Part shown: piece by piece, positions 58,705 to 64,000 of the stretch
Position numbering within the stretch: the stretch's first letter is position 1
Layout: each line of letters starts with the position of its first letter
Source of the DNA: Bacteroidales bacterium
Lineage (GTDB): Bacteria; Bacteroidota; Bacteroidia; Bacteroidales; UBA3824
DNA length: 64,000 bases
Assembly (NCBI GenBank): GCA_017394445.1
Contig: JAFPYT010000071.1
Location: 25,005 to 89,004, forward strand
Direction of reading: 5' to 3'
Translations under genes and position numbers: made by a program
Notes under the pieces: generated by a model
Told to the model about the DNA's origin: nothing
Databases searched by the model: none
Seen by the model: the letters and a program-made list of their open reading frames with translations, nothing else

Positions 58705-58823
58705 AATTGCATAAAAAATTTTGTCGCCGTAAAAATAGGCATTCGGCGATTAAAAACAAAAAAAATTATTTTCTCTTCTTTGGCGATTAAGAAAATCACG
58801 TAAAGCGGATAAAAAAATCTTGC

Positions 58824-58831
58824 TACCTTTG
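58824..58831 (+). promoter_or_regulatory. Bacteroidota -7 promoter box (TACCTTTG)
   Basis: Lies 27 nt upstream of ATG 58858. Confidence 0.4.
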
Positions 58832-58857
58832 CAATCGCAAACCAAACGCGTTACAAT

Positions 58858-59943
58858 ATGTCAGAAACTTACATTCAATACCCCGAAATGATGTCGGGAC
58901 GAAAAATTCTCTATGTTCACGGATTTGCCTCGTCGGGCGCAAGCGGAACTGCCAAAAGCCTCCGAATACTTTTGCCTAACGCCGAGGTGATTTCACCCGA
59001 CCTGCCCGTAAGTCCGCTCAAAGAGATGGAACTGCTCCGCAATATCTGCGAAACCCAAAAGCCCGACCTTATTATCGGCACTTCGATGGGTGGACTTTAT
59101 ACCGAGCAACTTTATGGTTTTAACCGCATTTTGGTGAATCCCGCGTTTCAAATCGGCGAAACCCTCAAAACTCTCCACGGTATGGGCAAGCAAAAATGGC
59201 TCAACCCTCGCGAGGATGGCGAAACCGAATTTTGGATTACACAAACCGAGGTGGACGAGTTTAAACAGGTGATGGCTAATAGTTTCTCGCAAATCAATGT
59301 GGAGGAGCACCGCAATCTTGTTTACGGACTTTTTGGCGATAAAGACCCTCTTGTGCATACTCACGACATTTTTGCAGCGCATTATATGAATGCAATTTGG
59401 TTTGACGGAGAACACCGGCTCAATGATTCTATCTTGCTCAATTCGGTGATTCCAGTTATACATTGGATCGATGACAAACTCAACAACCGTCAGCGGCCTA
59501 TCCTCTATATCGACCTCGACGAAACACTCGTAGACTATCACAACGGCATCCACAAATGCACCGAGGCGGAGTTGAAACAATACGAGGGACGTATTTGGGA
59601 TATTCCGGGTTATTTTTCGAGGCTTGAACCTATGCCGAGCGCAGTTAAGGCGTTTCGACAACTTTCGCTCAAATACGACACCTATATATTATCGTCGGCA
59701 CCGTGGGGCAATCCATCGTCGTGGACCGACAAGATGCTTTGGGTGCAAAAATGGCTCGGCGTGCCAGCATTCCGCCGCCTGATACTATCGCACCACAAAA
59801 ACCTCAACTACGGCGACTACCTCATCGACGACCGCATCCACAACGGTGCCAAAGACTTTATGGGCGCATTTCTCCAATTCGGCGAAGCCCCCTACAAAAC
59901 TTGGGACGATGTGTTGGAGTTTTTTAGTCATATCGAGGGGTGA
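58858..59943 (+). CDS. Fusion protein: YqiA-like alpha/beta-hydrolase (UPF0227) + HAD-type 5'(3')-deoxyribonucleotidase (NT5C-like)
   Basis: The N-terminal half has ILYVHGFASSGASGTAKSL and the nucleophile elbow IGTSMGG. The C-terminal half has HAD motif I ILYIDLDETLVDY and SSAPWGN...YLIDDR. Confidence 0.65.
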   Translation: MSETYIQYPEMMSGRKILYVHGFASSGASGTAKSLRILLPNAEVISPDLPVSPLKEMELLRNICETQKPDLIIGTSMGGLYTEQLYGFNRILVNPAFQIGETLKTLHGMGKQKWLNPREDGETEFWITQTEVDEFKQVMANSFSQINVEEHRNLVYGLFGDKDPLVHTHDIFAAHYMNAIWFDGEHRLNDSILLNSVIPVIHWIDDKLNNRQRPILYIDLDETLVDYHNGIHKCTEAELKQYEGRIWDIPGYFSRLEPMPSAVKAFRQLSLKYDTYILSSAPWGNPSSWTDKMLWVQKWLGVPAFRRLILSHHKNLNYGDYLIDDRIHNGAKDFMGAFLQFGEAPYKTWDDVLEFFSHIEG

Positions 59944-59976
59944 GTAATTATCGCTTGTTTTTTGAGAATCTTTTTC

Positions 59977-59984
59977 TAATTTTG
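59977..59984 (+). promoter_or_regulatory. Bacteroidota -7 promoter box (TAATTTTG) for tRNA-like RNA 1
   Basis: Lies 13 nt upstream of the first base of the acceptor-stem sequence. Confidence 0.45.
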
Positions 59985-59996
59985 CAGCACCTTAAT

Positions 59997-60155
59997 GCGG
60001 GAATAGCTTAGTGGCAGTAGCAACGGAAAATTCTTAAACTTTGTTTTAAAAGTTTTCAGAAAGTTAGTTGCGTAAATCTCCAATGGTTAGAGCACACACG
60101 GTCGGTCATTAATTAATATGGTGTGAAGACACGAGTTCGAATCTTGTTTCCCGCT
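59997..60155 (+). ncRNA. tRNA-Gly-derived tRNA-like RNA, long form (159 nt), not a canonical tRNA
   Basis: Acceptor GCGGGAA/TTCCCGC + T73, D stem GCTT/GAGC, stem CACAC/GTGTG, variable loop AAGAC, T arm ACGAG-TTCGAAT-CTTGT. The D loop carries a 62-nt structured insertion between GTGGCAG and CCAATGG. The 'anticodon' loop is 21 nt (GGTCGGTCATTAATTAATATG). It has its own -7 box and a T-run (CTCTTTTTTT) at the 3' end. Confidence 0.6.
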
Positions 60156-60246
60156 CTTTTTTTCTTTTCACCTTTCATATTTTATAGTTTATTTGTAAAT
60201 TAACGCATCTTGCCGAGACCTTGCCTTGAAGATAGAGCCAAGTTTT

Positions 60247-60594
60247 TTACACTGCGTAAGTGTCTGCAAGATATTTCAAAAAAGAATCGCTGATATTGTC
60301 CATTTCATTTTTGTCATAGATATAAAGCAAAGAGATATTAATATCGTTTTCTTTTGATTCCAACACGTTGACAACCATTGTTATAACCCTTGCGCCACCG
60401 CTCTTGCCCTTGCCTTTTGAACTTATTTGCATGCGAACCTTCCTCATTCCGTGTCCGGGACTTGCCCCGAGATAAGGATTTTCAAGTAGTTCTTGTTCAA
60501 AAGCCTTCAAATCGTCCACAAAGGACTTGTATTTTTTTTTGAGTTTTTTTGCACTTTCCTTGAATTCAACTGAAACTTCTTTGATTCTGTTCAT
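60247..60594 (-). CDS. RelE/ParE-superfamily (HigB/Gp49-like) type II toxin
   Basis: 115 aa, with the motif GKGKSGGARVITMV and the ending ...LLYIYDKNEMDNIS. Its ATG overlaps the upstream stop (ATGA). Confidence 0.7.
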   Translation of the reverse strand: MNRIKEVSVEFKESAKKLKKKYKSFVDDLKAFEQELLENPYLGASPGHGMRKVRMQISSKGKGKSGGARVITMVVNVLESKENDINISLLYIYDKNEMDNISDSFLKYLADTYAV

Positions 60595-60896
60595 GCTCCT
60601 TTCTCCAACTCTTTCAGAAAATCATCATAATTCTGCATTGTTGACTTGCCTTCTTGCGACTCCTTAAACGCCCTCATTGCATTGCTAATCCCTTGCGCAA
60701 TCTTTTGGTCTCGTTTGGTATAGTTAGACGGCAAGGGTACACGTTCACCGTTGGGCGCAGTGATATACAACGGCTCTTTTTTGAGTAGGCTGTTGACGTA
60801 TTTTGCGATGCTTTCGATTAGTTCATCGCTGTCTATCGACATTATTTTGTGTATAAGAGATTCGCGATTTCTCTCCAATGTCATTGTTGCTTCCAT
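60591..60896 (-). CDS. Putative antitoxin (101 aa)
   Basis: I prefer ATG 60896 (MEATMTLERNRESL...), because a -7 box lies 26 nt upstream and the longer track ORF would run through it. It overlaps the toxin start by 4 nt. Confidence 0.55.
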   Translation of the reverse strand: MEATMTLERNRESLIHKIMSIDSDELIESIAKYVNSLLKKEPLYITAPNGERVPLPSNYTKRDQKIAQGISNAMRAFKESQEGKSTMQNYDDFLKELEKGA

Positions 60897-60921
60897 AATA
60901 AATTCTTTTAGATTGACATGG

Positions 60922-60929
60922 CAAATATA
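60922..60929 (-). promoter_or_regulatory. Bacteroidota -7 promoter box (TATATTTG on the minus strand) for the TA pair
   Basis: The reverse complement of CAAATATA lies 26 nt upstream of ATG 60896. Confidence 0.4.
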
Positions 60930-61089
60930 AAAGTTTTTCGGGGCGCATACAAATGTAAAAGTAATTTTTTCACAAGTGGAAATAAGAATATAACGAAATC
61001 GGTTAATAGTCAGAATAATACATAACATGCGCGTCAAAAGTGGGTTGCAAAACACACCAGCAATAGTTTGTGGAAAGAAAAAATATTTC

Positions 61090-61097
61090 TAACTTTG
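61090..61097 (+). promoter_or_regulatory. Bacteroidota -7 promoter box (TAACTTTG) for tRNA-like RNA 2
   Basis: Lies 13 nt upstream of the acceptor-stem 5' base, the same spacing as for copy 1. Confidence 0.45.
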
Positions 61098-61109
61098 CGA
61101 CACTTAAAT

Positions 61110-61218
61110 GCGGGAATAGCTTAGTGGCAGAGCATTATTCTGCCAATGGTTAGAGCACACACGGTTGGTCATTAATTATTATTGTGTGAAGACACGAGTT
61201 CGAATCTTGTTTCCCGCT
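61110..61218 (+). ncRNA. tRNA-Gly-derived tRNA-like RNA, short form (109 nt), not a canonical tRNA
   Basis: The scaffold is the same as in 59997-60155: the first 21 nt are identical and the last ~85 nt nearly so. The D-loop insertion is only 12 nt and forms GGCAGA-GCATTA-TTCTGCC. The loop is 21 nt (GGTTGGTCATTAATTATTATT). CTCTTTTTTT follows. Confidence 0.6.
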
Positions 61219-61263
61219 CTTTTTTTCCCCTTTCTTATATTAAAATTACTATCAATTATATTG

Positions 61264-61378
61264 CGATAGTTGCTCCGTAACTCTAAAAAAAACATAGTTA
61301 CGGAGCAAGTATCGCCGATACATACTCCGTAAGTCCTAAAAAAAATGAGTTACGGAGCAAGTATCGCTTGTTTTTTTG
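61264..61378 (+). repeat. Two tandem related hairpins (CGATAgTTGCTCCGTAACT/AGTTACGGAGCAAgTATCG type); the second is followed by a T-run
   Basis: Hairpin 1 has arms at 61264-61282 and 61296-61314 with the A-rich loop CTAAAAAAAACAT. Hairpin 2 has arms at about 61314-61334 and 61347-61366 with the loop CTAAAAAAAAT. CTTGTTTTTTT follows. Confidence 0.7.
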
Positions 61379-61390
61379 GAAATGATTTTG

Positions 61391-61398
61391 TATATTTG
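61391..61398 (+). promoter_or_regulatory. Bacteroidota -7 promoter box (TATATTTG)
   Basis: Lies 23 nt upstream of ATG 61421, making the track's TTG start at 61409 unlikely. Confidence 0.45.
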
Positions 61399-61420
61399 CG
61401 GCAACTAATTGATTGAAACT

Positions 61421-62869
61421 ATGGCGCAAAACTACATTATAATAGGTCGCAAGGAAGAACAGGCACTCTTCAAAAACTATTTGGATAGTTCCAAAGCCGA
61501 ACTCATCGCTGTATATGGACGCAGACGAGTAGGCAAAACTTATCTCATTAAAAGTTATTTCAAAGAGAAATTCGACTTTGCTCTTTCGGGTTTGTACAAC
61601 GTTACAAAAACGGTGCAACTAACTCAATTTCAAAAAAAGTTGGAAGAGTATTCGGGTAATGCTGTTAAACGTCCAAAAGATTGGTTTGAAGCCTTCGACC
61701 TTTTGTCAAAATATTTAGACACTCTAAAAAAAGACAAAATCATCGTTTTCCTTGACGAAATTCCGTGGTTAGACACACCCAAAAGCAATTTTTTGGCGGC
61801 ATTCAGTCAGTTTTGGAACGATTGGGCGTCAATGAAACCCAATTTCAAACTCTTTGTCTGCGGCTCGGCTACCACGTGGATGCTTTCAAAATTCATAGGC
61901 GACAAGGGCGGAATTTACGGACGTGTAAGCCGCTCGATTTGGCTCCGTCCATTCACGCTTTTAGAAACCCAAAAATTCCTAAAAGAAATCAAAGGCATCG
62001 ACCTCAACCAAAAACAAGTATTGAGCATTTATATGGTTTTGGGCGGAATACCGTACTATTTGGATATGTTAGTAAAGGGCAAACCGTTGGATGTGAATAT
62101 CGACGAATTGTTGTTTCAGGAGGGTGCTCCGTTGCGTCCTGAATTTGATTTCCTGTTTCGGTCGTTGTTTCTCAATTCCAAAATATACCGCTCAGTGGTA
62201 ACAGCATTGTCGCAAAAATTAAAAGGCCTTACTCGTCAAGAACTTATAGAAATTCTCAAAATCAAAGAAGGCGGAATGTTGACCGAGGCGTTGGAAAACC
62301 TTGCAAAATGCGATTTTATCCGCAAATATTCAGCAATAGGTAAGACCGAAAGAGATGCTATGTATCAATTAACCGACTTGTTTTCATTGTTTTATCTCAA
62401 ATTTATATCTGCCGACAACGGTCAGGAACAGCATTTTTGGACTAAAATGTCAGGTAAGCCACAAATGATTGCGTGGAGTGGTTATGCTTTTGAACAAGTG
62501 TGCCTAAATCACACCGAGCAAATAAAGAAGTCGCTCGGTATCAGCGGTATGGTAAGCAATATTTATTCGTGGAGTTGCCGTCCGTTTACCGACAAAAACG
62601 GTGCAGAATGGCAAGGTGGACAGGTGGATCTTGTAATCGACCGTGCCGACGGAGTAATCAATCTTTGCGAAATCAAATATGTGTCGGGCAAATACGCCAT
62701 TGACACTCAATACGCTGAACATCTGAGAGAACGTGCATCACTTTTTAGCGTTGTTACCAAAACCTCCAAAGCCATACATCACACATTCATAACTACTTAC
62801 GGCATTAAACAAAACCAAAATAGCGACATCGTGCAGTCGGAGGTAACAGCGGAAGGTTTATTTGAGTAA
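61421..62869 (+). CDS. ATPase_2/DUF234-type AAA ATPase (intact paralog of the 6427-7829 pseudogene)
   Basis: Starts MAQNYIIIGRKEEQALF. Walker A is YGRRRVGKTYL and Walker B is IIVFLDEIPW. A winged-helix-like mid region precedes the DUF234-like C-terminus VDLVIDRADGVINLCEIKY. Confidence 0.8.
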   Translation: MAQNYIIIGRKEEQALFKNYLDSSKAELIAVYGRRRVGKTYLIKSYFKEKFDFALSGLYNVTKTVQLTQFQKKLEEYSGNAVKRPKDWFEAFDLLSKYLDTLKKDKIIVFLDEIPWLDTPKSNFLAAFSQFWNDWASMKPNFKLFVCGSATTWMLSKFIGDKGGIYGRVSRSIWLRPFTLLETQKFLKEIKGIDLNQKQVLSIYMVLGGIPYYLDMLVKGKPLDVNIDELLFQEGAPLRPEFDFLFRSLFLNSKIYRSVVTALSQKLKGLTRQELIEILKIKEGGMLTEALENLAKCDFIRKYSAIGKTERDAMYQLTDLFSLFYLKFISADNGQEQHFWTKMSGKPQMIAWSGYAFEQVCLNHTEQIKKSLGISGMVSNIYSWSCRPFTDKNGAEWQGGQVDLVIDRADGVINLCEIKYVSGKYAIDTQYAEHLRERASLFSVVTKTSKAIHHTFITTYGIKQNQNSDIVQSEVTAEGLFE

Positions 62870-62963
62870 CAACACTTACTCCACTTTTTCTCATCCCCAA
62901 TCCTAATTATCCCCTCCTAAAATTTACCTACTTTTGGTGATTGTGTACTTTTTTATCTGCCTG

Positions 62964-62971
62964 TAATTTTG
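62964..62971 (+). promoter_or_regulatory. Bacteroidota -7 promoter box (TAATTTTG)
   Basis: Lies 26 nt upstream of ATG 62997. Confidence 0.4.
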
Positions 62972-62996
62972 CGGTGTTTTAAATTAACAGACAGAA

Positions 62997-64000
62997 ATGA
63001 ACAAACTAAAACTTTTGTTTTTTGCGGCTTTATTATTCTCTTTTAGCGCAAAAGCCCAAGACGATGATTCTACTTTTCAAAAAATCCGAGTAGGCAGTTA
63101 TGGCGAAATTCTTGGTTCGTGGCAAAATTATGGATTAAACCGTTGGACAGGTTCGCCTAAGGGCAATTCTGAGATAAATCACGCACAGATTTCGATTCCC
63201 CGTTTTGTGTTGGCGATTGACTATAAATTTAATCCCAAATGGATTCTCGGGGCAGAAATTGAGTTTGAGGCAGGCGGCACAGGCACTGCAATGGAGATGG
63301 AAGCCGGTAGCGGAAGCGAAAACGGCGAATACGAAACCGAAATGGAAAAGGGCGGCGAGGTGGCTCTCGAACAATTCCACATCACTCGCAAAATTGTGGA
63401 CGCTTTTAATATTAAGGTGGGACATATTGTTCTGCCAGTGGGACTTACCAACGCTCACCACGAACCAATCAATTTTTACACTACATTCCGTCCCGAAGGC
63501 GCAACTACCATTATGCCTTGCACTTGGCACGAAACAGGTATTGAGTTTTTCGGCTCGTTTGGCGGTGGATTTGCAAAATTTGACTATCAGGCGCAGATTG
63601 TGGCAGGTCAAAACCCTCTCGGTTTCAGCCGTTACAATTGGATAAAGGGCGGCAAACAAGGATTATTTGAGGCAGATAACTTTACCCGTCCGGCTTACGT
63701 TTTGCGACTTGATTACAACGGTTTGCCCGGACTAAGACTCGGATACTCAATGTATTACTGCCACGATGCAGGCAAAAATTGCGACCGTTTGAATACTTTC
63801 AACAGCAATGACCCTATCAATATTTCAATATATTCTGTTGACGCTCAATACAAAAACAAATTTTTAACATTCCGAGGAAGTTTTCTCAGCGGTAATCTCA
63901 CCGAGGTGCTGTTTATCGACAAAACCATACGCACATACTCCAACAAATCGGGTTACAGCCGCACACCAAACGTTGCCAAAAATGCGCTGAACTACAATTT
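62997..64000 (+). CDS. Putative outer-membrane beta-barrel (porin-like) protein, 3' end cut by the window edge; absent from the ORF track
   Basis: Hand translation from ATG 62997 stays open to nt 64000: MNKLKLLFFAALLFSFSAKAQDDDSTFQKIRVGSYGEILGSWQNYG...ALEQFHITRKIVDAFNIKVGHIVLPVGLTN.... It has a signal peptide and alternating amphipathic strands. Confidence 0.65.
   Translation, partial: MNKLKLLFFAALLFSFSAKAQDDDSTFQKIRVGSYGEILGSWQNYGLNRWTGSPKGNSEINHAQISIPRFVLAIDYKFNPKWILGAEIEFEAGGTGTAMEMEAGSGSENGEYETEMEKGGEVALEQFHITRKIVDAFNIKVGHIVLPVGLTNAHHEPINFYTTFRPEGATTIMPCTWHETGIEFFGSFGGGFAKFDYQAQIVAGQNPLGFSRYNWIKGGKQGLFEADNFTRPAYVLRLDYNGLPGLRLGYSMYYCHDAGKNCDRLNTFNSNDPINISIYSVDAQYKNKFLTFRGSFLSGNLTEVLFIDKTIRTYSNKSGYSRTPNVAKNALNYN

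Noticed and set aside
59997-60155. Calling the tRNA-like genes ordinary tRNA genes, intron-containing tRNAs, or att-site duplicates of a tRNA.
   Set aside because: No 7-nt anticodon loop with U33 can be derived. The insertions (12/62 nt and ~14 nt) are far too short for group I introns, and bacteria lack BHB splicing. Both copies are full length with their own promoter and terminator, unlike the partial 3' fragment left by integration. They are reported as ncRNA instead.
1-64000. A search for CRISPR arrays, rRNA genes, tmRNA, RNase P RNA, transposases, integrases and phage structural genes.
   Set aside because: I saw no regularly spaced direct repeats with unique spacers, no rRNA-like conserved blocks, and no DDE, tyrosine-recombinase or serine-recombinase motifs in any ORF. 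By-eye scanning cannot exclude small or degenerate elements.

Overview
The window looks like chromosomal DNA from a Bacteroidota (probably Bacteroidales) genome. Support: the TAnnTTTG '-7' promoter box recurs about 20-45 nt upstream of many starts, a giant surface protein carries a T9SS-type C-terminal sorting domain, and rpoN, DUF5686, DUF2723 and YfhO genes are present. Housekeeping genes I recognise are rpoN, pyrH, frr, pth, rplY/ctc, prs, leuS, asnA, a wecE-like aminotransferase and tRNA-Leu(CAA). Five accessory parts stand out. (1) 7927-16005 is a same-strand four-gene cluster. Its first three proteins share a private ~150-aa N-terminal module with no signal peptide. That module is fused either to a membrane-anchored S8 subtilase zymogen or to long arrays of beta-sandwich repeats. 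I cannot assign the module to any family, and this is my best candidate for an undescribed system. (2) 59997-61218 holds two independently promoted and terminated RNA genes. Their acceptor stem, D stem, T arm and U73 are those of a tRNA-Gly, but the D loop carries a variable hairpin insertion (12 vs 62 nt) and the 'anticodon loop' is 21 nt with no usable anticodon. They flank a RelE/HigB-like toxin-antitoxin pair. (3) 23972-29025 is a TerB-N/TerB-C + DUF2791/BrxD-like ATPase + Lhr-like DExH helicase triad, matching the Shango-type defence architecture. (4) 19302-22076 is a tandem triplication of YD-repeat lipoproteins with gene-conversion tracts. (5) A GAGACG...CGTCTC hairpin family recurs, including a 28-bp perfect palindrome inside a coding region. 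I saw no CRISPR array, rRNA, transposase or integrase. All family calls come from reading motifs by eye; no database search was possible.
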